Below are positions 1 through 8,129 of a DNA stretch of 28,297 nt, in pieces. The position numbers and the translations under genes were made by a program. Source of the stretch: Chloroflexota bacterium (GTDB lineage: Bacteria > Chloroflexota > Limnocylindria > Limnocylindrales > CSP1-4). Location of the stretch: contig JBFYUV010000154.1 of NCBI GenBank assembly GCA_041299865.1, forward strand, positions 1 to 28,297. The letters are read 5' to 3'. Under the pieces are notes generated by a model. The model worked only from the letters and a program-made list of their open reading frames with translations. It did not search any database and was not told where the DNA came from. The first letter of the stretch is position 1, and each line of letters begins with the position of its first letter.

Positions 1-76
1 TCCTCTACCTTGACCTGCGTGCCCGCCATGCACCCGCGACGGTCGGCCAGCAGCCGGACGACTGGCCCGCGGACGG

Positions 77-469
77 CTAGGCACCGAAGAGCAGCTCCAG
101 CCAGGCTTCCAGGGGCGCCGAGGCGACGGATCGGTCGGCCCGGCTACCGAGCGGCACGATGGGCTCCGGCGATGGGGCGTCCTCAGGTAGGCGGAAGGGT
201 TGCTCGCCCCGCTCTCCGTAGCCCACGACGCGGGCCTGCTGCTCGAGGAAGCGGTCGCTCCTGAGGAACTCGACCTCCGCCTTCCCTGCCGCGAGGCGCT
301 CCTCCAGGGCGGCCACCTCGGCACGCGCACGTGCCGCTTCCTGCTCGAGCTCGGTCGCGCGTGCCAGCGTGCCGGCGAAGACGAAGACGATGCCCCCTGC
401 CACGAAGAGCCCGAAGACGATGGCGGCGGCTCCGCGCCGCTCGAGGAACCCACTCCGGAGGATGGACAT
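77..469 (-). CDS. FtsB/DivIC-like septum formation initiator family protein (about 130 aa)
   Basis: N-terminal hydrophobic helix (AAAIVFGLFVAGGIVFVFAG), heptad coiled coil (ELEQEAARARAEVAALEERLAAGKAEVEFL), then FLEQQARVVGYGERGE resembling the DivIC 'E..AR..LG...GE' signature. Start moved from 538 to ATG 469, which lies 8 nt downstream of a TAGGCT -10 box. Confidence 0.7.
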   Translation of the reverse strand: MSILRSGFLERRGAAAIVFGLFVAGGIVFVFAGTLARATELEQEAARARAEVAALEERLAAGKAEVEFLRSDRFLEQQARVVGYGERGEQPFRLPEDAPSPEPIVPLGSRADRSVASAPLEAWLELLFGA

Positions 470-477
470 CGCCACCG

Positions 478-507
478 AGCCTAGTGAGGCCAGAACGGGG
501 CTGTCAA
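478..507 (-). promoter_or_regulatory. sigma70-type promoter for the FtsB-like gene: TTGACA-N18-TAGGCT
   Basis: Minus strand reads TTGACA (507-502), an 18-nt spacer, TAGGCT (483-478), 8 nt, then ATG (469). No Shine-Dalgarno in between. Confidence 0.6.
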
Positions 508-529
508 GCGCTTCGGGTGCTGCTAGACT
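501..529 (+). promoter_or_regulatory. Extended -10 promoter for the mrfAB operon: CTGTCA-N17-TAGACT with a TG extension
   Basis: TG at 521-522, TAGACT at 524-529, and a 4/6 -35 match (CTGTCA, 501-506) at 17-nt spacing. This -35 overlaps the TTGACA of the divergent promoter. Confidence 0.5.
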
Positions 530-542
530 CGTCAGCACGAAT

Positions 543-556
543 CGAACGGATGTGCG
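543..556. promoter_or_regulatory. LexA (Cheo)-box-like operator CGAAC-GGAT-GTGCG
   Basis: One mismatch to CGAAC-RNRY-GTTCG, and the spacer GGAT fits RNRY. It lies between the -10 box and the SD of a DNA-repair helicase gene. Confidence 0.5.
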
Positions 557-572
557 CTTTGTGAGGTCCGCG

Positions 573-2897
573 ATGAGACTGCATCAACCCCGGCTCACGC
601 TAGATGCCCTGGAGCGCCTGCTGGCGGAGCCGGACGTGAGCGCCAGCCTCGAAGCCCGGCACGTCCTGCCGGCCCAGCCGGCCATCCACGCGCCCATCCC
701 GGGATGGCTTGACGACCGCCTCGTCAGTGCCCTTGAGCGTCGCGGCATCGGCGCCCTCTACAGTCACCAGGCGGAAGCCCTCGAGGCGCTGCGCGCTGGC
801 CAGGACGTGGCCATCGTGACGCCCACGGCGTCCGGCAAGTCGCTCTGCTACAACCTGCCCGTCCTGCAGGCCATCGCAGAGGACCCCGCCGCACGCGCGC
901 TGTACCTCTTCCCCACCAAGGCTCTCAGCCAGGACCAGCTCGCGGAGTTCCGGGACCTGGCCGGCCTGGCCGGCATGGACCTCTCGGCGGCCGTCTACGA
1001 CGGTGATACGCCGGCCCCGATCCGGGCCGTCGTGCGCGAGGCGGGCCAGGTGGTCGTCACCAACCCGGACATGCTGAGCACGGCCATCCTGCCCCACCAC
1101 ACGAAGTGGTTCCAGCTCTTCGAGCAGGTGCGCTACATCGTCATCGACGAGGCCCACACCTACCGCGGCATCTTCGGTAGCCACGTCGCCAACGTCCTGC
1201 GCCGCCTGCTGCGCATCTGCGCCCACTACGGCTCCACGCCGCGCCTGGTGTGCTGCTCGGCGACCATCGGCAACCCCGGGCAGCTGGCGGAGACGCTGAC
1301 CGGTCGCCCCTTCCGCGTCATCGACCGCAGCGGGGCGCCCCAGGGCGAGCGGCACGTGGTGGTGCTCGATCCGGCGCCGCTCGATCGCCGTACGGGTGTG
1401 AGACCGGGCCCGCATGGACTCTCCTATCGGGCAGCCCTGACCTTCCTGCGGGCCGGCCGCCAGACCATCGTCTTCGGCCGCGCCCGCGTGGCCGTGGAGC
1501 TGCTGCTCAGCTCGCTGCGAGAGGCCATGCGCGAAGGACGGGGTCCCATCGAGCGCATCCGCGGCTATCGCAGCGGGTACTTGCCCAACGAGCGTCGCGC
1601 CATCGAGTCGGGGCTCCGCAGCGGGGAGATCCTGGGGGTGGTCAGCACGAACGCGCTTGAGCTGGGCATCGACATCGGTCGCCTGGACGTCGCCATCCTG
1701 GCCGGCTACCCCGGCACCATCGCCGCGACCTGGCAGCAGATGGGACGGGCTGGACGGCGGGGCGATCCGAGCGTCGCCATCCTCGTGGCCGGAGCGGGCG
1801 CCCTTGACCGCTACGTGGCGATGCACCCGGAGTACCTCTTCGAAGCCAGCCCGGAGGAGGCGCGGCTGGACCCAGAGAACATCCACGTGCTGCTGGCCCA
1901 CCTGCGCGCGGCGGCCTTCGAGCTTCCCTTCGATCCGGGCGAGCGCTTCGGGAGTGCTGCCGCTGACGACCTGCTCGCCTTCCTGGCCGAAGAGGGTCAC
2001 GTGCGCCAGGCGGACGATGGTCGCTGGTACTGGGCCAGCGAGAACTTCCCGGCCTCGGAGATCGACCTGCGCGTGGCCGCCCCGGAGAACGTGCTCATCA
2101 TCGATACCGGGCCGCAGCGGCCGCGGGTCCTGGGCGAGGTCGATCTCTTCGCGGCCCGCGTGCTCGTCCACGAGAAGGCCATCTACCTGCACGACTCGCG
2201 CCAGTACCACGTGGACGTGCTGGACTGGGAGGAACGCAAGGCGCTCGTGCGGCCCGTGGACACCGATTACTACACCCAGGCGGAGCTGGCGGTGACCCTC
2301 AAGCCCCTGGAGGTCTTCGACACCGCCCCGCTGACCGCCGGCAGCCGCCAGCACGGCGAGGTCATGATCAGCTCCATCGCCACCATCTTCAAGAAACTGA
2401 AGCTGGACACCCACGAGAACGTCGGCTGGGGCCACATCCACCTGCCGGAGATGGAGCTGCACACGACGGCCTGGTGGGTGGCGCTGGACCCGGCAGCCGT
2501 GGCGGCATGGCGCCGGGATGAGCTGGATGCCGCCCTGGTGGGCACGGGTCGCGCCCTGCAGACGGTGGCCAGCGTGCTCCTCATGGCCGACCCGCACGAC
2601 CTGGGCATGGTGGCGCAGGTCCAGTCGCCGCATGCCGAGCGCCCGGTCATCTATCTCTGGGAGGCCGTGCCCGGTGGCGTCGGCCTGTCGTCGCGCCTCT
2701 TCGACCGCACTGACGAGCTCGTCGCGGGTGCCCTTGACCTGGTCAGCGGCTGTGACTGCGAGGTCGGCTGTCCGGCCTGCGTCGGGCCGCGCGGCGAGAG
2801 CCGTCTGGATGGCCGCGCCCTGGCCGCGCGACTGCTGCGGGTCCTGGCCGGCACCGCGGACGGGGCACGCGCGGCACCCGGGAAACGCGCCGCGTGA
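573..2897 (+). CDS. mrfA: DEAD/DEAH-box helicase with C-terminal DUF1998 (MZB) Zn domain, MrfA/YprA/SftH/Hrq1 family (about 774 aa)
   Basis: Walker A TPTASGKS, YLFPTKALSQDQ, TNPDML, DEAH, CCSATIGNP, STNALELGIDIG, QQMGRAGRR, and four-Cys CDCEVGCPAC. Start moved to ATG 573, preceded by GAGGT at 5 nt. Confidence 0.92.
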   Translation: MRLHQPRLTLDALERLLAEPDVSASLEARHVLPAQPAIHAPIPGWLDDRLVSALERRGIGALYSHQAEALEALRAGQDVAIVTPTASGKSLCYNLPVLQAIAEDPAARALYLFPTKALSQDQLAEFRDLAGLAGMDLSAAVYDGDTPAPIRAVVREAGQVVVTNPDMLSTAILPHHTKWFQLFEQVRYIVIDEAHTYRGIFGSHVANVLRRLLRICAHYGSTPRLVCCSATIGNPGQLAETLTGRPFRVIDRSGAPQGERHVVVLDPAPLDRRTGVRPGPHGLSYRAALTFLRAGRQTIVFGRARVAVELLLSSLREAMREGRGPIERIRGYRSGYLPNERRAIESGLRSGEILGVVSTNALELGIDIGRLDVAILAGYPGTIAATWQQMGRAGRRGDPSVAILVAGAGALDRYVAMHPEYLFEASPEEARLDPENIHVLLAHLRAAAFELPFDPGERFGSAAADDLLAFLAEEGHVRQADDGRWYWASENFPASEIDLRVAAPENVLIIDTGPQRPRVLGEVDLFAARVLVHEKAIYLHDSRQYHVDVLDWEERKALVRPVDTDYYTQAELAVTLKPLEVFDTAPLTAGSRQHGEVMISSIATIFKKLKLDTHENVGWGHIHLPEMELHTTAWWVALDPAAVAAWRRDELDAALVGTGRALQTVASVLLMADPHDLGMVAQVQSPHAERPVIYLWEAVPGGVGLSSRLFDRTDELVAGALDLVSGCDCEVGCPACVGPRGESRLDGRALAARLLRVLAGTADGARAAPGKRAA

Positions 2898-4186
2898 CAG
2901 GCGAGCTGGCAGGGGGCGACCTCAGCCTGCGCTATGTGGACAGCTTCGACATCGGGCCTACCCGTCGTTCGCGCCTCGACCGGCTGCGCGCCGCCAGGTT
3001 CGCGGACGGCGTGTCCCCCAGCGCCGGGTCGCGACCGGAGCCCCGTTCGGACCGGGCGCAACGGTTGGCGGCGGACGTGGGCGGCGTCGTCCTGGAGACG
3101 CCCCTGCGGCCCATCGTGGTGGTGGAACGTCGCCTGCCCCTTGAGGCGCGGCTGGACGGCCTGCGCTGGCTGCCGGAGCCGGTCGATCCAGGGCAGCCGC
3201 TCATCCTCATCGACACGGAGACGACCGGCCTGGGCACTGGTGCCGGGACGTTGCCCTTCCTGGTCGGGGTCGGCGCCTGGCAGGGGGACATCTTCGTGAC
3301 CCGGCAACTGCTGCTGCCCGAGCAGTCGGACGAGGCGGGCTACCTGACCGCGCTGGCCGGCCTCATCCCGCCGGATGCCTGCCTGGTCTCGTACAACGGC
3401 CGCAGCTTCGACTGGCCCCTGCTGGTGACCCGGTACCGTCTGCATGGCCGGCCAGCTCCGCCACATGCCGCTCACCTGGACCTCCTGCCCCTGGCGCGCG
3501 TTCTGTGGCGGCACCGTCTCGCTGACGCCCGCCTGGCCAGCGTGGAGACCGCCATCTGCGGCGTGCACCGGGCGCACGACCTGCCTGGAGGCCTGGTCCC
3601 GGCCCGCTACCTGGACTACCTCCGGTCGGGCCACGGTGGTCTGCTGCGCGAGGTGCTCGAGCACAACTACCAGGACGTCCTCTCGATGGCCCTGTTGCTG
3701 CGCGTGCTGGCTACGGACCTGGCTCCGGCAAGCGCGACGCGGCGCGCGCCGAGCTCGGTGGATGCCGGAGACTTGGGCGGGCTCGGACGTGCCTACGCGC
3801 GCCGACACCGCCACGAGGAGGCCCTGGCCTGCTTCGACACGGCCCTGGAGCGCCTCGAGGACAGGCGTGATCCAGGGCGCTACGAGGGTGTCGCCATCGA
3901 GCGCGCCAGGACGCTGACGCGCCTCGGGCTGCGAACTGAGGCAGAAGGCGCCTGGCATGCCATCGCCCTCGAGGGAGGGCGCCACTCTGCGCTGGCCTGG
4001 CTGCACGTGGCCAAGCACCGCGAGCATGACGGTCGCGATGTCCGCGCAGCCCTGGCTGCCACGGATCGGGCGCGAGCGCTCGCCGAGCGCGGCCGGCTCT
4101 TCGGACGCCGGGATCGCGTCGTGGAACGTGACCTGGCCCGTCGTGTGCCTCGTCTGAGGAGGCGGCTCGCGGCCATGGCCGCCTGA
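2894..4186 (+). CDS. mrfB: RNase H-like (DnaQ/DEDD) exonuclease with C-terminal TPR-like helices, MrfB/YprB family (430 aa)
   Basis: IDTETTGL, SYNGRSFDWPLL, HLDLL, LASVE, EHNYQDV acidic motifs and a helical C-terminus (LGRAYARR...EEALACFDTAL). GTGA overlap with the helicase stop. Confidence 0.85.
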   Translation: MTGELAGGDLSLRYVDSFDIGPTRRSRLDRLRAARFADGVSPSAGSRPEPRSDRAQRLAADVGGVVLETPLRPIVVVERRLPLEARLDGLRWLPEPVDPGQPLILIDTETTGLGTGAGTLPFLVGVGAWQGDIFVTRQLLLPEQSDEAGYLTALAGLIPPDACLVSYNGRSFDWPLLVTRYRLHGRPAPPHAAHLDLLPLARVLWRHRLADARLASVETAICGVHRAHDLPGGLVPARYLDYLRSGHGGLLREVLEHNYQDVLSMALLLRVLATDLAPASATRRAPSSVDAGDLGGLGRAYARRHRHEEALACFDTALERLEDRRDPGRYEGVAIERARTLTRLGLRTEAEGAWHAIALEGGRHSALAWLHVAKHREHDGRDVRAALAATDRARALAERGRLFGRRDRVVERDLARRVPRLRRRLAAMAA

Positions 4187-4275
4187 GGCTCGCCTCCAGG
4201 TGAGGCGCGTATCCGTGTCAGCCGCGCCCTGCCCTTCGGCGACGCCTGCCGGTCCATGCGCTACTGTCGGCCGTG

Positions 4276-5538
4276 ATGGGTGACGAGCGGGTGACGCCGG
4301 CGACCACGCGCGGTGCCACCATCGAGTTCGACCATGTCAGCAAGCGTTACGCCCCCGCCACGCGCGGTGCCATGGCGCAGGGCGCGGTGGAGGACCTCAC
4401 GCTGACGGTGCCCGCGGGACGCATCTGCGTCCTCGTCGGCCCCTCGGGCTGCGGCAAGACCACGACCCTCAAGATGGTGAACCGGCTCATCGAGCCAAGC
4501 ACCGGCCGGATCCTCATCGACGGGCAGGACATCGGCAGCCGCGACGTCACCGAGCTGCGCCGCAGTATCGGCTACGTCATCCAGCAGACCGGGCTCTTCC
4601 CTCACCAGACCATCGCCCAGAACGTGGCCACGGTGCCGCGCCTGCTGGGCTGGACCGAGACCCGCCAGAGGTCCCGCACCGACGAGCTCCTGGCGCTCGT
4701 GGGTCTTGAGCCCGGACGATACCGGGAGCGCTATCCGAGCCAGCTCTCCGGCGGCGAGCGGCAGCGCGTGGGGGTGGCTCGCGCCCTGGCCGCGGACCCG
4801 CCGGTCATGCTCATGGACGAGCCCTTCGGCGCGGTCGACCCCATCGTCCGCGAACGTCTCCAGAACGAGTTCCTGCGACTGCAGGAGGGCCTCGCCAAGA
4901 CGATCCTCTTCGTGACCCATGACATCGACGAGGCCATCAAGATGGGCGACCTCGTGGTCGTCATGGAGCAGGGCGGCCGCATCGCCCAGGCCGGGGCGCC
5001 GGCCGACCTGCTGGCCCAGCCCGCCTCGGCGTACGTGGCCCGCTTCGTCGGTGCCGACCGCGGCCTCAAGCGTCTCTCGCTCTACCGGGTGGCGGACGTG
5101 GCCCTCGTCGAGGCACCCCTGGCGCGCGTGGGGGAAGCCAGGCAGGACGTCCGCGCGCGGGCCGAGCGCAGCGGGGATCGCCACGTGCTTCTCGTGGACG
5201 ATCGTGATCGACCGTTGGGCTGGCTGGACGCCCATGACCTTCGCTCGGAGGGCCCGCTCGGCGAGCCCGATGCCGACCCCATGTCCCCGCTGCTCGACCG
5301 GCGCACCACCCTCAAGGACGCCACGTCGCTGCTACTGGATGAGGAAGTGCGCAGCGGCATCGTGGTCGATCGCAGCGGAGGGGTCCTTGGCCTCCTGACC
5401 CTGGAGGCGGTCATGGGCTTCATGCGCGACGACCGCTCACGCGAGGTGCCCCCGGACATCGCGGATGCCGTGGCGGAGGTGCTGGCCCATCCGGCCGGCG
5501 CCCACGACCACGGTCCGGACGAGTCGAGCCCCGCGTGA
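4276..5538 (+). CDS. Opu/ProV-type ABC transporter ATP-binding protein with C-terminal CBS pair
   Basis: GPSGCGKTTTLKMVNRLIEP, LSGGERQRVGVARALAADP, MLMDEPFGAVDP, FVTHDIDEA, then a CBS-like region. Start is ATG 4276 or in-frame GTG 4273, downstream of TACTGT (4262-4267). Confidence 0.9.
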   Translation: MGDERVTPATTRGATIEFDHVSKRYAPATRGAMAQGAVEDLTLTVPAGRICVLVGPSGCGKTTTLKMVNRLIEPSTGRILIDGQDIGSRDVTELRRSIGYVIQQTGLFPHQTIAQNVATVPRLLGWTETRQRSRTDELLALVGLEPGRYRERYPSQLSGGERQRVGVARALAADPPVMLMDEPFGAVDPIVRERLQNEFLRLQEGLAKTILFVTHDIDEAIKMGDLVVVMEQGGRIAQAGAPADLLAQPASAYVARFVGADRGLKRLSLYRVADVALVEAPLARVGEARQDVRARAERSGDRHVLLVDDRDRPLGWLDAHDLRSEGPLGEPDADPMSPLLDRRTTLKDATSLLLDEEVRSGIVVDRSGGVLGLLTLEAVMGFMRDDRSREVPPDIADAVAEVLAHPAGAHDHGPDESSPA

Positions 5539-6197
5539 TCGAGATCCGCTGGGACTGGATCGCTGAGCACCTCGATGATGTCGCCGACAAGACCTGGCAG
5601 CATCTCCAGCTGCTGGTCATCCCCATGCTGGCGGGCTTCTTCATCGCCCTGCTCCTGGGCGTGCTGGCGCTCCGGCGTCCGGGCACCGTCGGGCCGGTCA
5701 CGGCCATCACGGGGCTCCTTTACACCATCCCCAGCCTGGCGGCCTTCGCCCTCCTGCGGCCCATCTTCGGCCTGACGCTGGCCACGGCCGTGATCCCGCT
5801 GACGGCCTACACGCTGCTCATCCTGTACGTCAACACGGTAGCCGGCCTGCGCTCGGTGCCTGCGGAGGTCAACGAGGCCGCCACGGCCATGGGCTACAGC
5901 AGTGCCAGCCGCTTCTGGCGCGTGCAGTTGCCGCTGGCCGTGCCGCTCATCATGGCCGGCGTCCGGGTGGCCGCGGTGACCACCATCGGCCTGGTCACGG
6001 TGGCCTCGATCATCGGCGGGGACCGCTTCGGCGGCCTCGGCCAGTTCATCACCGAGGGACTCCAGACCTCCTTCGACACGAAGGTCTACCTCGGGGCGGT
6101 CGGGTCGGTCATGCTGGCCTTCGTCGTCGACATCCTGCTGCTGGGCACCCAGCGCCTGCTGACTCCCTGGGCGCGGGCTCGGACCTTGTCCACGTGA
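5535..6197 (+). CDS. Opu/ProW-type ABC transporter permease
   Basis: LYTIPSLA, EAATAMGYS...RFWRVQLPLAVPLIMAGVR (EAA motif), GGLGQFI. GTGA overlap with the ATPase gene. Confidence 0.9.
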   Translation: MIEIRWDWIAEHLDDVADKTWQHLQLLVIPMLAGFFIALLLGVLALRRPGTVGPVTAITGLLYTIPSLAAFALLRPIFGLTLATAVIPLTAYTLLILYVNTVAGLRSVPAEVNEAATAMGYSSASRFWRVQLPLAVPLIMAGVRVAAVTTIGLVTVASIIGGDRFGGLGQFITEGLQTSFDTKVYLGAVGSVMLAFVVDILLLGTQRLLTPWARARTLST

Positions 6198-6967
6198 GCG
6201 GCCTGGAGGCGCTGCTGGCCTACCTCGCGGACGGTGGTGCCTGGCAGGGACCCGCAGGCGTCCCGAGCCGCCTGGTCGAGCACCTCGTTCTCTCCGGCCT
6301 GGCCGTGCTGACGGCCAGCCTGGTGGCACTGCCGTTGGGGTTCTACATCGGCCACACGGGACGGTTCCAGCTGCTCGGGCTGAACCTCGCCAACATCGGC
6401 CGAGCCATCCCCTCGTATGCGGTCATGGTCATGGTCTTTCCGGTCGCCCTGGCCGCGGCGGCCCCGCTCGGCTATGACCCCCGCCTAGGTCTCACCTTCC
6501 TGCCCATCTTCGTGGCCATGACGCTGCTGGCCATCCCGCCCATCCTCGTGGCTACCTTCGCCGGCATCGCCGAGGTGGACCGAGATGTCGTCGAGTCGTC
6601 TCGGGGCATGGGCCTCACCGAGCGTCAGATCCTGCGGCGCGTCGAGCTGCCCCTGGGGCTGCCGGTCATCATCGGCGGCTTCCGCGTGGCGACCCTGCAG
6701 ATCATCGCCACGGCGACGCTCGGGGCGGTCCTCTCCGGGGGTGGCTTCGGGCGCTTCATCATCGACGGCCTGGCCAGGCGGGACGAGGGCATGCTGTACG
6801 CGGGAGTCCTGCTCGTGGCCGCCCTCGCCATCGGCATCGACCTGCTGCTGGCTGGCCTGCAGCGACGCTTCACGCCACGGGGTGTCAAGGTGGCATCCGG
6901 CGAAGAGGTCGTGGAGGCCATCGGAGATCTCGGCTCCGTCGCGCCTCCGTCCCTGCGACGCGCCTGA
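6194..6967 (+). CDS. Opu/ProW-type ABC transporter permease
   Basis: ANIGRAIPS, ESSRGMGLTERQILRRVELPLGLPVIIGGFR, GGFGRFIIDG. GTGA overlap with the previous permease. Confidence 0.9.
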   Translation: MSGLEALLAYLADGGAWQGPAGVPSRLVEHLVLSGLAVLTASLVALPLGFYIGHTGRFQLLGLNLANIGRAIPSYAVMVMVFPVALAAAAPLGYDPRLGLTFLPIFVAMTLLAIPPILVATFAGIAEVDRDVVESSRGMGLTERQILRRVELPLGLPVIIGGFRVATLQIIATATLGAVLSGGGFGRFIIDGLARRDEGMLYAGVLLVAALAIGIDLLLAGLQRRFTPRGVKVASGEEVVEAIGDLGSVAPPSLRRA

Positions 6968-7062
6968 CGCTGTCATCCCGCGGTCGCGGCGGACAGAGTA
7001 CGGTTATGTTTCGGCCGTGGCCGCCAGACGGGCGGCCGGCCAGCAGTCCCAGGGAGGTTGCC

Positions 7063-8016
7063 ATGCGGCATCACCGCAGACTCGCCCTCGGTGCGTCGCT
7101 CCTGGCCGCTCTGGCCACGCTCGGCGCGTCCGGTGGCGCCATCGTGTCGGCCCAGGAGCAGCCCACGGTCCGCGTCGGATCGGATGACTTCTACGAATCG
7201 AAGCTCATGGCCGAGATCTATGCGCAAGCCCTGGAGGGCGCCGGCTACACGGTCGATCGGCAGCTCGGGCTGGGCAGCCGCGATACGCGCGCCCCGGCCT
7301 TCGAGGAGGGCCAGGTGGACCTGGTGCCTGAGTACGTGGGCTCCGGCCTGGGTTACTACGTGCTGGCCTCCGACGATCCCGGCCTGGCCGCGCTGGCCGT
7401 GGGCGGCGACGGCGAGACGAACCGCGCCAACCTGCAGGCCGCCTACATGCTGCTGGGCATCGAAGCCACAGTGCTGGGCATGACGCCCGGCGAAGACACC
7501 AACGCGGCGGCCATCCGCGCGGATACGGCCGCCGAGCTCGGCCTCTCGAAGCTGAGTGACGTGCCGCCCGTGGCCGACCAGCTCGTCTTCGGCCTGCCCC
7601 CGGAGTGCGAGACCCGGCCGCTCTGCGCTGGCGCTCTCGAGCAGTACGGCATCGACTTCGCCACCATCCAGAAGGAATCGCTGGCTGCCTGCGGGGCTGA
7701 GATCGCCGATGCCCTGGCCGGGGGGGCGGTCGACTTCGGCTGGCTCTGCTCCACCCAGCCGGCCATCGCTCAGAACGGCTTCGTCGTCCTCGAGGATGAC
7801 CTGGACACCCAGCCTGCGGAGAACCTGGCCCCGGTCGTCCGAGACGACTTCCTGGCCCAGGTCGAGGGCGGCGCTGCCACGCTGGCGGCCATCCTCGACC
7901 CTGTCTCGGCGGCCATCAGCACCGAGATCCTGACCGAGCTTGGCGTGCGCGTCGCCATCGACCAGGAGGACGTCGAGGACGTCGCGGCCGACTTCCTGGC
8001 CGGCCTCGACTCCTGA
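7063..8016 (+). CDS. OpuAC/OsmF-family ABC substrate-binding protein (about 317 aa), ligand uncertain
   Basis: SD GGGAGG before ATG 7063. Signal peptide MRHHRRLALGASLLAALATLGASGGAIVSA, then VRVGSDDFYES...AEIYAQALE, DLVPEYVGS, VVLEDD...QPAENLAPVVR. Confidence 0.85.
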   Translation: MRHHRRLALGASLLAALATLGASGGAIVSAQEQPTVRVGSDDFYESKLMAEIYAQALEGAGYTVDRQLGLGSRDTRAPAFEEGQVDLVPEYVGSGLGYYVLASDDPGLAALAVGGDGETNRANLQAAYMLLGIEATVLGMTPGEDTNAAAIRADTAAELGLSKLSDVPPVADQLVFGLPPECETRPLCAGALEQYGIDFATIQKESLAACGAEIADALAGGAVDFGWLCSTQPAIAQNGFVVLEDDLDTQPAENLAPVVRDDFLAQVEGGAATLAAILDPVSAAISTEILTELGVRVAIDQEDVEDVAADFLAGLDS

Positions 8017-8073
8017 CCCCGTGCTGGCCGTCCGGACAGCGCCCTGATCGCTGGCAGGTGCACGCGAACGCAC

Positions 8074-8100
8074 GAAGGCCCCGGGTCACCCGGGGCCTTC
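8074..8100. terminator. Perfect 12-bp hairpin between convergent operons (probably a bidirectional terminator)
   Basis: GAAGGCCCCGGG-TCA-CCCGGGGCCTTC between the SBP stop (8016) and the iolE stop (8130). No long U-tract. Confidence 0.75.
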
Positions 8101-8129
8101 AGCATGTTCGGCGGCCGTTCAGGGCGAAC

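Noticed and set aside
1-29. Possible start of another minus-strand gene (ATG at 29, MAGTQVKVE...) downstream of the FtsB-like gene
   Set aside because: Only 9 codons are visible and the SD is weak, so it cannot be supported within this window.
369-572. 68-aa N-terminal extension of the helicase in the ORF track
   Set aside because: It overlaps the FtsB-like gene and the promoter region. The SD, promoter and domain start all favour ATG 573.
600-2633. 677-aa minus-strand ORF
   Set aside because: Antisense shadow of the helicase caused by high-GC codon bias (few stops on the opposite strand); no motifs.
573-2897. Anti-phage defence reading of the DUF1998 helicase (DISARM/Druantia-like)
   Set aside because: The partner is a YprB-type exonuclease and there are no methylase, PLD or SNF2 partners. 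The architecture matches MrfAB repair.
2651-4027. 458-aa minus-strand ORF
   Set aside because: Antisense shadow of mrfA/mrfB; no recognisable domain.
4191-4207. Hairpin CGCCTC-CAGGT-GAGGCG after mrfB
   Set aside because: Only a 6-bp stem with no U-tract; too weak to call a terminator at this GC content.
4276-8016. Calling the ABC system a glycine betaine/choline transporter with opu gene symbols
   Set aside because: The family is clear, but the binding protein seems to lack the aromatic cage, so the substrate is not supported.
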